NCBI RefSeq assembly: GCF_006345805.1
Contig: NC_043010.1
Location: 24,738,001-24,802,000 of the forward strand
From: Octopus sinensis
Taxonomy: Eukaryota
Direction of reading: 5' to 3'
DNA: 64,000 nucleotides
The notes beneath the pieces are model-generated. The model saw only the letters and a list, made by a program, of their open reading frames with translations. It was not told where the DNA came from and ran no database searches. Below are positions 12,360-24,190 of the stretch, in pieces. Each line of letters begins with the position of its first letter. Within the stretch, counting starts at the first letter, position 1. A program made the translations under genes and the position numbers.

Positions 12360-13653
12360 CGAGGGGCGTTCAATAAGTAATGCCCCTGACCCACTTCCCA
12401 TTGCAGTAGAACAACGAAACTTAGCACAGTTATTAGTATTTTTCTACATAGGAACCACCCAGAGTTACGCATTTCTCCCATCGTTTGATGCAGCTCTGGA
12501 GACCGTTTTTGTAGAAGACCCCCAGCTTGGTCCTCCAACCACGACGTGACTTCAGAAATCAAGGCTGCATCATCTGTGAAACGCTTTCCCTTCAGAAACA
12601 ACTTCATGGCTGGGAAGAGGTGAAAATCAGAGGGTTCAAGGTCAGGAGAGTAGGGGGGATGGGGAGGAGTTCATAGCCGCACGCCTGTGCTTCTGATCTG
12701 GCGACACGCGAGTTGTGGACCGGAGCGTTGTCCTGCAGGAGGAGGATGCCTTTTCTGATCTTGCCCTGCCTCTTGATTTTGATAGCTTCTCTTAATTTCC
12801 TCAAAAGTGAAGAATAATAGGCTCCTGTAATTGTGGTACCCTTTGCCGGGAAATCTGTCATCACTACTCCGTCCTGGTCCCAGAAGACTGAGCATGTCCT
12901 TGCCAGCGAAGGGCTGCACCCTTGCCTTCTTTGGAGGAGGTGAGTCACGGTGCTTCCACTGCATTGACTGGGCTTTGGTCTCTGGATCATAGTGATTGAC
13001 CCAGGTTTCATCCTGTGTAATCAGTCTTTTGAAAAATTTTGACTCATCTTCTTGGCACATCTCCAAATTCATCCTCGAGCACTCGACGCGTTCTTGCTTC
13101 TGGAAAGGTGTGAGTAACCTGGGAATCCATCTGGCAGACACCTTTTGCATATGCAAATGGTCATGAATGATAGTTTCCACAGACCCGGTACTAATCTTGA
13201 CCTCATGGGCTATTTGGCGAATTGTTATGCGTCGATCTTCCAAAATGGCAGCCTCAACTTGACGGACAGATGCCTCATCAATGGCAGAAGGAGGGGGGCG
13301 ACCAGATCTGGGAGCTGTTTCCACAGAGTTCCGACCATGTTTGAATTTACGATGCCAGGGTTTTACAAGGTCATATGATGGGGCATCATCACCATAAGTT
13401 ACTTTCATTTCATCAAATGTCTCCCGTGGTGTGCGTCCTTTCAAATACAAAAACCGGATCACTGCTCGACACTCAACAGGCTCCATTTCACACTTGACTC
13501 AGTTCAAACACCTGTAAATCAGAAACCACAATTATTTCAGAGCTGTAATTTGCCACTTAATCTATAGAGATATAAATAATTGCACAGACAAAATTTCAGC
13601 TAGATCAAACAACTGCAAGTGGGTCAGAGGCATTACTTATTGAACGTCCTTCG
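12360..13653 (-). mobile_element. Mariner (DD34D) DNA transposon, near full length, frameshifted transposase
   Basis: About 37-bp TIRs CGAGGGGCGTTCAATAAGTAATGCCCCTGACCCACTT, with a TA flank at both ends; 1294 bp. ORF starts at 13486 (MEPVECRAVIRFL...) and carries WIPRLLT, ITQDETW and LLQDNAPVH motifs spread over three frames. Confidence 0.95.
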
Positions 13654-13975
13654 TAATTATAAGTAAAGTTGACTTTATATAATTGTGCATTATAAAAGAC
13701 ACTACTCTTTGTTTCACAGTGAAACATGCCTGTTTTATAACAATATGGCCTTGCGTTAAAACCCATTGCACGGATCCTTGGGCATGCGTTTTCTACCCAT
13801 TAATTTCAGATCGAGTAAATCCTTCAGTCATTTACCTAAGCAGTGACATAACATTTGTCTATAATGTTATAAATTAGCACTCCTAAGGTTTAAAATCAAT
13901 CTTTTGCAGGAGCAAAAGTTTCAGAGACACCATCTACGCGAAAGACACTCGTAAAGTTTGTGTTGAGATATGATT

Positions 13976-14180
13976 ACGTTGGTGCATAAATAATTACTGC
14001 GGCTTTTTTTTTTCAATAAATTTTATTCAGCAAAAACAGTAACAGCATTTAACAAAAACATCTTTAAATGATTATTCCGGCGCATATTCAACATCTACTT
14101 CAATTTCAGCTTGGCGTTTTGCTTAAATTGTTTATTGTATAAAATTTATTGAAAAAAGGCCCCAATAATTATGCGCCACA
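13976..14180. mobile_element. Mariner-derived MITE-like remnant, copy 2
   Basis: Homologous to 7221-7450, with partial inverted ends (gttggtgcata...tatgcgcca). Confidence 0.6.
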
Positions 14181-14275
14181 GGCAACAGTAAAGTGGAAAC
14201 GAACGACGATCGCTTACAATCACAACGCGACGTCAAGACATGGAACAAATGGCACACTCAGACACACACATATAT

Positions 14276-14346
<71 letters not shown>

Positions 14347-14388
14347 GACAAACTTTGGAAGCGCCGGATATTTTGGCATCTCACAGTC

Positions 14389-14599
14389 AAGAAAGTAAAT
14401 ATCGAACTCGTAGTGTAGCTGTGAAAACATCAGAGAAAGAATGGGTATTTGCATACTTGGGTATTTGGGTGTTTACCCTTAGAAGGCGGGAAAAATGTTG
14501 CCGGCAACTTTTTTCCGTCTTCTAAGGGTAAACACCCAAATACCCATTCTTTCTCTGATGTTCTCACAGCTGTACTGCGCGTTCGAAATTTACTTTCTT
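14389..14599. mobile_element. Fully palindromic ~210-bp foldback/MITE-like element
   Basis: The arms are reverse complements centred on GTTGCCGGCAAC (14497-14508). Confidence 0.75.
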
Positions 14600-14621
14600 C
14601 TCTGTAATAAATATATATATA

Positions 14622-14652
<31 letters not shown>

Positions 14653-14697
14653 GCTATAACCATACATACATGCACATACACACACATACACACATAT

Positions 14698-14900
14698 ACT
14701 CTTTTACTCTTATACTTGTTTCAGTCATTTGACTGCGGCCATGCTGGAGCACCGCCTTTAGTCAAACAAATCGACGCCAGGACTTATTCTTTGTAAGCCT
14801 AGTACTTATTTTATCGGTATTTTGTCAAACCGCTAAGTTACGGGAACGTAAACACACCAGCATCGTTTGTCAAGCGATGGTGATGAGAGAAACACAAACA
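14698..14900 (-). mobile_element. SINE family 1 tail
   Basis: tttgactgcggccatgctggagcaccgcc... Confidence 0.85.
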
Positions 14901-14927
14901 CACACACACACACACATATATATATAC

Positions 14928-14995
<68 letters not shown>

Positions 14996-15000
14996 ATATG

Positions 15001-15042
<42 letters not shown>

Positions 15043-15048
<6 letters not shown>

Positions 15049-15324
15049 TCCACGGTTGCCGGCAACTGCCTCCCGCCCGCTAATACTGATGTTGCAGGCC
15101 TTCATGTCCCGTTGCAAACATCCTTGTAACGTAAGAGCGGTCTACCCACAGACCTAGTACCCCTAGCAAGCTCTCCGTAGAGTATGTCCTTGGGGATTCT
15201 GCCATCTTTCATACGGCTAACATGCCCAAGCCATCTCATACGTCTTTGTGTGAGGAGTGCAAACATGCTTGGTATTCCTGCTTGCCTGAGGACATCTTTG
15301 TTGGGGATATGGTTCTGCTATTTG

Positions 15325-15325
<1 letters not shown>
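15043..15325 (-). mobile_element. RTE-clade LINE 3' ORF remnant
   Basis: The minus strand translates to [49 protein letters not shown], typical of the RTE ORF2 C-terminus. Confidence 0.8.
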
Positions 15326-15377
<52 letters not shown>

Positions 15378-15612
15378 GTGATGGACTTCCGCAGTTTCTG
15401 TCTCCAGATTTATTCACCAATCATTGTTTAGTCCCCGTAGCTATAGTGGAAGACACTTTCCCAAGGTGCTGTCGAGTGCGATTGAACTCGAAACGTGCTT
15501 GTTTAGTGACGAAGCATAGTGAATGTTGTTTAAAGCCTAACACTCGAATAAAAGAATGCCGTGACAAGCGTAATTTTACTGGTTATTTCTTTCTTTTCAT
15601 TTTCTATTCTAG

Positions 15613-16265
15613 TGAACTTCACATCAAGCACGAACCCGAAAAACTATGCTGTATGTATGAATCTCACCGTAGAAGCACGTTCTAAATTCACCCGTACCGA
15701 TATTGACTTAACACCTGTATCGAAAAAAAAAGTCACTGGTGAAAGCGAAATCAAATGTACCGGAAACGGAAATTATACTGACTTAGCAGGTATAAGCAAA
15801 TGGTGCACAAAACACTGCTCAAATGGCAACTGCCTATCAAAATATTGCAAGTGTGACAACCTGCAAGATATAAAATTGGCATATCCTTGTATAACTACCC
15901 CAATATATTATGGGCTACCTGGTATAGAAGACTGGTGTGACATCAACTGTGCTAGGGGATTTTGTCCATATACACATTGCGACTGCAGCGGCAAAACTTA
16001 CCCGACAACCACGACGGCACCTACAACAACACCAACGACATCACAGACCACTACACCAACAACAACACCAACGACAACACCAACAACAACGCCAGGTACC
16101 ACGCAAAGTACAACCCCAGAGCCGATTTGTGATCCAGTTGACACATACGAAATTGTTCCTGGCATGGATATGTGGTGCAATGTCAACTGCAAGGCTGGGT
16201 TCTGCCCAGAGTCACATTGCACATGTCGTCCTGGTGGCTCTCCAGGAACAACAACGAGTCCGTAA
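15613..16265 (+). CDS. Gene A coding exon 3: end of LPMO-like domain, three 33-aa six-Cys modules and a Thr/Pro-rich linker
   Basis: Strong polypyrimidine acceptor ttcttttcattttctattctag|TG (phase 1, matching exon 2). Modules C-x15-C-x3-C-x4-C-x4-C-x-C, e.g. [18 protein letters not shown]. In-frame TAA at 16263-16265 overlaps a possible donor CC|GTAAGA. Confidence 0.9.
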
Positions 16266-16269
16266 GAGG

Positions 16270-16400
16270 ACTGCATCATACAAATATATATATACATACA
16301 CACAGACAGACAGATGTATGTAAATATATATGTGTATATATATATATATGTATGTATGCATATATGTGTGTATATATATACATCTATGTTTGTATGTATG

Positions 16401-16476
<76 letters not shown>

Positions 16477-16490
16477 TGTATATAATCTTT
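16270..16490. repeat. (TA)n/(TATG)n microsatellite
   Basis: Direct reading. Confidence 0.9.
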
Positions 16491-16777
16491 TTTACTTTTA
16501 ATATTATATTTCACTCGTTTCCGTCGTTAGACTGCGGCCACGCTGGGTCACTGCCTTGAAGAATTTTAGTCGAGCGAATGGAGCACTGAGATGAAATTTC
16601 TTTTAAACTTGCTAATTATTCAATTGGTCTCTTTTATTGTACCGCATATGTGTATGCGTACATATGTGTGTCCGCATTTATGCATGTATATCTATTATAA
16701 AGGTGCGTCAACGTTTTATTATGGTTTCATCAGTTACTGAGATTTGACTCTTAGGGAATATTGTATCAGGTGCATCC

Positions 16778-16958
16778 CCATCATTATCATCATCATCATC
16801 ACCATCATCATCATCGTCGTCGTCGTCGTCGTCGTCATCGTCATCATTATCATCATCATCATCATCATCATCCTCATTATCATCATCATCATCATTATTA
16901 TCATCATCATCATCATCATCATTATTATTATTATTATTGTTATTATTATTATTATTAA

Positions 16959-16995
<37 letters not shown>
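16778..16995. repeat. Compound trinucleotide repeat (CAT)n-(CGT)n-(CAT)n-(TAT)n
   Basis: Direct reading; it explains the poly-N/D/H/I/M ORFs. Confidence 0.95.
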
Positions 16996-17553
16996 GAGTG
17001 AGAGAGCAGTGCATGCCATCAAAGTGACACTGAGGTAAAATATACCAAGTCCAGTATACCCATCATGACTACCCGTCGGATAAGGGTACAACAGGCACAT
17101 GCATCACAACCATATGTGCGCGACATGGTGATCTCGTATCAAGATAAACAGCGCATGACCTTGCAGGTGGGACCCAGTTAGAATTTTCTTCTGGTTGAGT
17201 AGCCCATCCCGCTCAAAAGGTCCCTGAATAAGGATTGTTTAGGGATGTTGAACGAAACATACCATGTTCCCAAAGGTGAATTATCCAATTCTCTAAGAAT
17301 TCGTTTCAATACATGGCTATGATGCTCCCCCACTACTTCTGCTCGTGATCGGAGATGCACACATCGTCAGCCACTAAGGGATATGGTCAACTGGTTAAGG
17401 TCAAACAACTGACAAGCAAATCTGTGGTATTGAGCGGAATATTTGATGTAGCCCATCTTTTATACCAAGACAAAACAATGTACACGATAACACTTCCAAT
17501 CAATTAAGATCAGAAGCCATGAGAGCCACTGTCTGGTACTGCATCAGGGCATT
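16996..17553. mobile_element. ~555-bp non-autonomous element flanked by (TTA)n, copy 1
   Basis: High similarity to 18875-19410 and 50162-50630; no ORF; trinucleotide repeats on both sides. Confidence 0.85.
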
Positions 17554-17571
17554 TATTATTATTATTATTAT

Positions 17572-17628
<57 letters not shown>

Positions 17629-17642
17629 CAGTAGTAGTAGCT

Positions 17643-17697
<55 letters not shown>

Positions 17698-17699
17698 CT

Positions 17700-17744
<45 letters not shown>

Positions 17745-17747
17745 TAT
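17554..17747. repeat. (TTA)n-(AGT)n-(AGC)n compound repeat
   Basis: Direct reading. Confidence 0.95.
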
Positions 17748-18197
17748 GAAAACTCAGCTTATTTTGCTGTGTATGATGGAAAGTGTCAGCTGTCCACAGC
17801 CACCAGGCTAAGGTGACACTTGTTTACTGATCATGCTTCAAGAACCCTGCGAAGAATTCTTGCAGTTCCAAGCAATTCTGATTTTTGTAGGTGTTCTACC
17901 TTCAGAACACTTGGACCAATCTTTTTCAGCCATGTTGGTGGTTGAGTTGCTGATACTTCCAAGTGCACCAGTTACTATTGGTATCACGTCTAATCTCTTC
18001 ATTGTCCACAACCATCATATTTCCCACTTCAAATCGTCATAGTCGTGCATGTTTCTCTTCTTTTTTCACATTGATCCTCTGGTCACTTGGGCATGCTGTG
18101 TCGATAATTATACATGTTTTTTTCTTTTTTATTGACCACAACAATGTCCGGTTTCCGATGTCTGGTCAGGTGATCGCACTGGATCATTGCACCAGTT
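17748..18197 (-). mobile_element. R4/Dong-like LINE 3' fragment
   Basis: Near-identical 3' end to 56990-57420. The minus strand encodes degenerate RLE C-terminal motifs (PDI...IID, IVPIVTGALG, LQELAKN). Confidence 0.7.
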
Positions 18198-18218
18198 TAT
18201 TATCATTATTATTATTAA

Positions 18219-18273
<55 letters not shown>

Positions 18274-18279
18274 ATTATC

Positions 18280-18350
<71 letters not shown>

Positions 18351-18381
18351 ATTATCATCATTATCATCATTATCATTATTA

Positions 18382-18446
<65 letters not shown>

Positions 18447-18452
18447 ATTATC

Positions 18453-18525
<73 letters not shown>

Positions 18526-18542
18526 TATCATCATTATCATTA

Positions 18543-18588
<46 letters not shown>

Positions 18589-18594
18589 ATTATC

Positions 18595-18625
<31 letters not shown>

Positions 18626-18627
18626 CT
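18198..18627. repeat. Long (ATT)n tract with periodic ATC interruptions
   Basis: Direct reading. Confidence 0.95.
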
Positions 18628-18874
18628 GAGAGCAGAAAGAGGGAAAGCCTCGGTACTGCACCGAATAAAAAGCCGAAAAGCATTTCTTCCGTCTTTACGT
18701 TCCGAGCTCAAATTTTTCTAACGTCAGCTTTGCCTTTCATCTTTTCTGGGTCGATGAAATAAGTACCAGTTGAGTACTGGGGTCGATGAAATCGACAATC
18801 CCCCTCCTCCGAATTTGCTGCTTGAGCAAAAGTTTGAAGCAATTATTATTGTTGTTGTTGTTGTTGCTGTTATT

Positions 18875-19410
18875 GTGTGAGAGAGCAGTGCCTGCTACCA
18901 AAGTGACACTGGGGTAAAATATATGAAGTTCAATATATCCATCACGACTACCCATCTGATAAGGGTATACCAGGCACGTGCATCATAACGATATGTGCGC
19001 GACATGGTGATCTCATATCAAGACAAACAGCGCATGACCTTGCAGGTGGGACCCAGTTAGAATTATCTTTAGGTCGAGTCGCCCATCCCGCTCAAAAGAT
19101 CCCTGTTTAAGGAAATACCCATGTTTCCAAAGGGGAATTATTCAAACCACAAAGAATTCCTCTCAACACATGGCTATGATGCTCCCCCACTACTTCTGCT
19201 CGTGATCAGAGATGCACATATCGTCAGCCACTAAGAGACATGCTCAACTGGTTACGGTCAAACAACTGACAAGCAAATCTGTGATATTGAGTGGAATATT
19301 TGCTGTAGCCCATCTTTTATACCAAGACAAGACAATGTACATGATAACACTTCCAGTTAGTTAAGATCATGATCCATGAGAGCCACTGTCTGGTACTGCA
19401 TCTGGGCATT
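18875..19410. mobile_element. ~555-bp non-autonomous element flanked by (TTA/TTG)n, copy 2
   Basis: Homologous to 16996-17553. Confidence 0.85.
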
Positions 19411-19427
19411 TATTATTATTATAGGGA

Positions 19428-19600
19428 AAGCGCGTGGCTTAGTGGTTATGGTACTGGGCTCATGATCGTAAGATTGTAGTTTCGATTCCCGGACCGGGCA
19501 CTGCGTTGTGTTCTTGAGCTAAACACTTCATTTCACGTTGCTCCAGTCCACTCACCTGGCAAAAATGAGGCAAGAAGAACCGGTGTCCAATCCAGGCAGG
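19428..19600 (+). mobile_element. SINE family 4
   Basis: gcgtggcttagtggttatgg...gtttcgattcccggacc...cttgagctaaacacttcatttcacgttgctccagtccactca. Confidence 0.8.
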
Positions 19601-19664
19601 GAATATATATAAATGCTGCAGTCTAACTTTTATACCAAGACAAATCTTGTACATGATATGTCTT

Positions 19665-19711
<47 letters not shown>

Positions 19712-19858
19712 AAGTAAACACATACATACACACATACATATATATACAAATATACATGTGTATATTCAAAAGAATATTCTTTAGAGGAAAATTCAGCGGA
19801 CACCAGAACAATTAGGCGGGCAAGACAAATGAAAATTATATTAAAAAATCAGAATTAC

Positions 19859-19934
19859 TCACAGACCGGCGGTTTCGTCTATTAACAAATGAATTACTTA
19901 TATAATCCTATTGTCCGTAGACTCGTCAGTGCGA
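19859..19934 (-). ncRNA. Type I hammerhead ribozyme with canonical core and GUC site
   Basis: Minus strand reads TCGCA-CTGACGA-GTCTA...TAGAC-GAAA-CC-GCC-GG-TC-TGTGA. Stem I is TCGCA/TGTGA, stem II GTCTA/TAGAC and stem III ACC/GGT. Confidence 0.82.
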
Positions 19935-20418
19935 TCGTTCCTCAGGTAATGTAATTTGTGAAACTAACCACCAGCTTTCCGTACAAAAACAGACACGTGT
20001 TTAGTTTCACCAATTACATTAGGGATAATTTCAAATCTCTTAGTTCGGGCGCGCTAAAATTCCGGAAGCGAAAATCTGCAGTAAATAATTTACTGCAGTT
20101 AATGCTGCCTATTAGAGAACATATTTATTTTATTTTAATATTTAAATAATGAGGGAGATAAATTTAATATTAGTTTAATTAATATTAATTTAAAATCAGT
20201 AGCCTAGCATACAAAAATCTGAAAAATCAGAAAAAATCTAATACATGTGTATATTCAAAGGGCAAGACCACTAGGTAGTCGGCCGTATGCTAGAAATAGA
20301 TCATCAACGATCAAACTACAAAGAAAAGAATATTCTCTAGAGGAAAATTCAGCGGACACCAGAACAATTAGGCGAGCAAGACACACACACACATGTATAT
20401 ATATATATATAGGCACAC

Positions 20419-20514
<96 letters not shown>

Positions 20515-20517
<3 letters not shown>

Positions 20518-21238
20518 GGTGATTGGAAAGTAACTTTCTATTTTAAAATACTTGTAATTTATGTATTAACTATAATTTTTAGAAAAAACAAATATGTAAA
20601 GAGAGTGTATAGCATGGAATTTTATTTAAAATTTTATATAGGCACCAGCATTCACCACCAGCTTCTGAAACCGCCTGGGAACCACATCAACTGATTTCAT
20701 CAGGAAGTCTTGTGGAATGAAAGATATAACTTCTCGTATTCTTCCTTCAAGTTCTTCCAAAGTCATTGGTTTGGTAGAGAAGACTTCCTCCTTTAACCAA
20801 CCCCAAAGAAAACAGCCACAGGGTGTTAAATCAGGGCTTCTGGCCAGCCAGTCATGCGGACCTTGATGAATTGGAAGGACGACCACTTCAAGTATCAGCT
20901 ACAAATCCTGTAATCATGAATTTTGCATGGCAATTCTTGATTATCTTTGCATCAACTTGAGCATGTCTTCCTCTAATGGTCCTCCGCCATTTTTGCACTT
21001 GAACAACTGATCTCTAAACTTCGTAATGTGCAGCTAGCTGGGCACGCTCCTGCACAGTAAAACATCCAGCCATGTTTGTAGGGCTTCTAAATTTCAAACA
21101 AAATAATCAATCTGAAAAAAAAACATGGTATCAATTCCCATACATTAAAGAACATACACAGCAAATTTGAGAAAAAATTATAGTTAATAAATAAATTATA
21201 AGCATTTTAAAATAGGGAGTTACTTTCCAATCACCCTG
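20515..21238 (-). mobile_element. Internally deleted Tc1/mariner-superfamily element (WxxRSPDLTPxDxFLWGxLK type)
   Basis: About 65-bp TIRs starting CAGGGTGATTGGAAAGTAACT, TA flanks, 724 bp. Residual C-terminal transposase WLARSPDLTPCGCFLWGWLKEEVF. Confidence 0.9.
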
Positions 21239-21278
21239 TATATATATATATATTATATATATATATATTATATATATA

Positions 21279-21309
<31 letters not shown>

Positions 21310-21321
21310 ATAATACATATA

Positions 21322-21383
<62 letters not shown>

Positions 21384-21639
21384 GTAAGAGAGAGAGAGAC
21401 AGAGAGCTTCAAAAACATCACAAAAATATCACAAAATATGTACGTATATCTGTTTATCACAGCAAAATTTGGGAATTTCTGTTCAAATTTGTGTTTTTGA
21501 ATAATTAAATTAGCATTAAATACATTTTCTGCATATTTGAGGTTTATTAATGTTTTCTTAGTTATTAAATTACTTAATGTCACCGTTGTAACTGTAATGG
21601 AGGATAAGAGAAATGCATTGGCGGTGATGATGCTAAGGA

Positions 21640-21765
21640 TGGTTGTGATGGTGGTCATGATACTGGTGGTGGAGGCGCTGGTGGTGGTGGGGCGGTGGTG
21701 GTGGTGGTGGGGCGGTGGTGGTGGTGGGGCGGTGGTGGTGGTGGGGCGGTGGTGGTGGTGGTGTT
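21640..21765. repeat. G-rich (GGT)n / GGTGGTGGTGGGGC tandem repeat
   Basis: Direct reading. Confidence 0.9.
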
Positions 21766-22249
21766 AAGGGTTGTATTGCACCATAATAGCTCGGTACAAT
21801 AATTTTATTTTTTCTATTTTCATTTTATTTTATTTAATTTTTTTTCTCGGAAGGGTGAGGTATTTAAACATTTTAAGAACTAAGCAGGACCCAGCTGCTG
21901 ATTGGAATAGTAATTTTGCTCTTTGTGCTTCGATTGGTACAACTTTTCGGTCTGGTGGCCACACTTGGAACCGATAGGTTTACATATATCTTGGGGAGGA
22001 AAAAAATTTCACAACAATGAACGTTATCTCTTCGGTTGAAGAGGAAAATGAAAATAAATATAAATTAAATAAATGATAAATAAAATTGGATTTATTTCGA
22101 TGGTTTTTGTTTGTTTCTTTCCGTTTATTGTCATTTTGTTTTGTTAAGTTTTTAATAAATCTCCATTAGGATTAAGGGGTGCAAACCTCGGTTCTTTTCA
22201 GGTCCATCGAATCAAGTGGCAGGAAACTATACTGACCACAGTGGGGAGT

Positions 22250-22530
22250 GGTACTTATTTTATCGACCCGAAAAATTGACCTCGGTGGAGTTTGAACTCG
22301 GAACGTAAAGAACCAGAAGAAGCGTCGCTAAGCATTTTGTCTGGTTCTTCCAGCTCACCGTCTTCACGATAACAATATTAAGGGTTTCAGATTTCTGCTC
22401 AAGGTCAACAGTTTCGTGGGAGGGAATAAACGATTAAATCGATCTGGAGGAATTTGAACTCAGAACATGAAGACAGACAAAATGCCGCTAAGCATTTTAC
22501 CCGGCGTGATAACGATTCTGCCAACCGGCC
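22250..22530 (-). mobile_element. Degenerate SINE family 2 copies
   Basis: aatttgaactcagaac...aaatgccgctaagcatttt...ctaacgattctgcca. Confidence 0.7.
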
Positions 22531-22621
22531 TCCTTGACAACAACAACAGCAGCAACAACAACAGCGGCAGCAACAGCAACAGCAACAAAAGTAACAGCAA
22601 CAACAACAGCAGCAGCAACAG

Positions 22622-22810
22622 TGGAGGCGTAATGGCCCAGTGGTTAGGGCAGCGGAATCGCGGTCGTAAGAACGCGGTTTCGTTTCCCAGTCCCGGCATT
22701 GTGAGTGTTTATTGAGCAAATACACCTAAGCTCCACGAGGGTTCGACGGCGGGTGGTGGTGAACCCCGCTGTACTCTTTCACCATAACTTTTTCTCCCTC
22801 TTTCTTCCTA
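22622..22810 (+). mobile_element. SINE family 3, 5' half
   Basis: ggaggcgtaatggcccagtggttagggcagcgg... homologous to 9677. Confidence 0.85.
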
Positions 22811-22857
22811 CTTCTGCCACAAAGCAGAGGAGCCATGGAGCTCTTTCTCTTTCTTTC

Positions 22858-23255
22858 TCTCTTTTACTTGTTTCAGTCATTTGACTGCGGCCATGCTGGA
22901 GCACCGCCTTTAGTCGAGCAAATCGACCCCGGGACTTATTCTTTATAAGCCCAGTACTTATTCTATCGGTCTCTTTTTTGCCGAACCGCTAAGTAACGGG
23001 GACGTAAACACACCAGCATCGGTTGTCAAGCAATGCTAGGGGGACAAACACAGACACACAAACACACACACATATATATATATACATATATACGACAGGC
23101 TTCTTTCAGTTTCCGTCTACCAAATCCACTCACAAGGCATTGGTCGGCCCGGGGCTATAGCAGAAGACACTCGCCCAAGATGCCACGCAGTGTGACTGAA
23201 CCCGGAACCATGTGGTTGGTTAGCAAGCTACTTACCACACAGCCACTCCTGCGCC
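22858..23255 (-). mobile_element. SINE family 1, full length
   Basis: Complete head (ggcgcaggagtggctgtgtggtaag), short (TA/CA) spacer, and tail. Confidence 0.92.
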
Positions 23256-23508
23256 TATGGTGTGGTAAACTTTCAGACCCTAGTCTAGATTGCCAATCCT
23301 CTGTACTCCAGGATGGTTCAGCTCTCCACTCGTTAAAAGCCACCGTTTACGGAATGAGGATAACAACGTAGCTTTCGCGCCCGTGCAACTGCCAGTCTAT
23401 CGCGTGTGGTGGGTGGACCTTCAAGTTGCCACACGCATCCTTAGTAGCTCAGAGTAGGCTCGAATTAGAAATTATTCTTTGTGGCTAATGGCGTGAGTCC
23501 TCATTGGA

Positions 23509-23612
23509 AGAAAAAGAAGAAGAAGAAGAAGAAGAAGAAGAAGAAGAAGAAGAAGAAGAAGAAGGAGGAGGAGGAGGAGGAGGAGGAGGAGGCAACAGCA
23601 ACAACAGCAATA
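23509..23612. repeat. (GAA)n-(GGA)n-(CAA)n compound repeat
   Basis: Direct reading. Confidence 0.95.
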
Positions 23613-23619
23613 ATAATAT

Positions 23620-24190
23620 TAATCTTTTCTACTATAGACCCGAAATTTGGGGAAGGAGACAAGTCGATTATATCGACCCAAGTGCGTAAATGGTACTTTA
23701 TTTTTTGACACCGAAAGGATGAAAGGCAAAGCCGACCTCGGCGGAATTTGAACTCAGAACGTAGCGACAGACTAAATACCTACTTTTTTACTACCTACAA
23801 GGGGCTAAACAGTGAGGACAAACAAGGATAGACAAACAGATTAAGTCGATTATATCAATCCCAGTGTGTCCCTGGTACTTATTTAATCGACCCCGAAAGG
23901 ATGAAAGGCAAAGTCGACCTCGGCGGAATTTGAACTCAGAACGTAACTGCAGGCTAAATACCGCTAAACATTTCCCTGGACGTGCTAACGATTCTGCCAG
24001 CGCACAGTCTTATTAATAATCCTTTCTGCACAAGGCTTAACATTTTAGGGGAGGGTGGGGCAGTCGATTATTCACCTAGTACTTAATTTATCAACTCCGA
24101 AAGGACAAAAAGCAAAGTCGACCTTGGCGTTTTTGAACTCAGAATGTAGCGACGAGCGAAATACCGCTAACCATTTCGTCCAGCCTGCCG
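23620..24190 (-). mobile_element. Three tandem SINE family 2 copies
   Basis: Repeated ccgaaaggatgaaaggcaaagtcgacctcggcggaatttgaactcagaacgta at about 23710, 23890 and 24095. Confidence 0.85.

Noticed and set aside
21537-21977. ORFs with hydrophobic and Gly/Trp runs
   Set aside because: They derive from (GGT)n and AT-rich sequence, with no splice or homology support.
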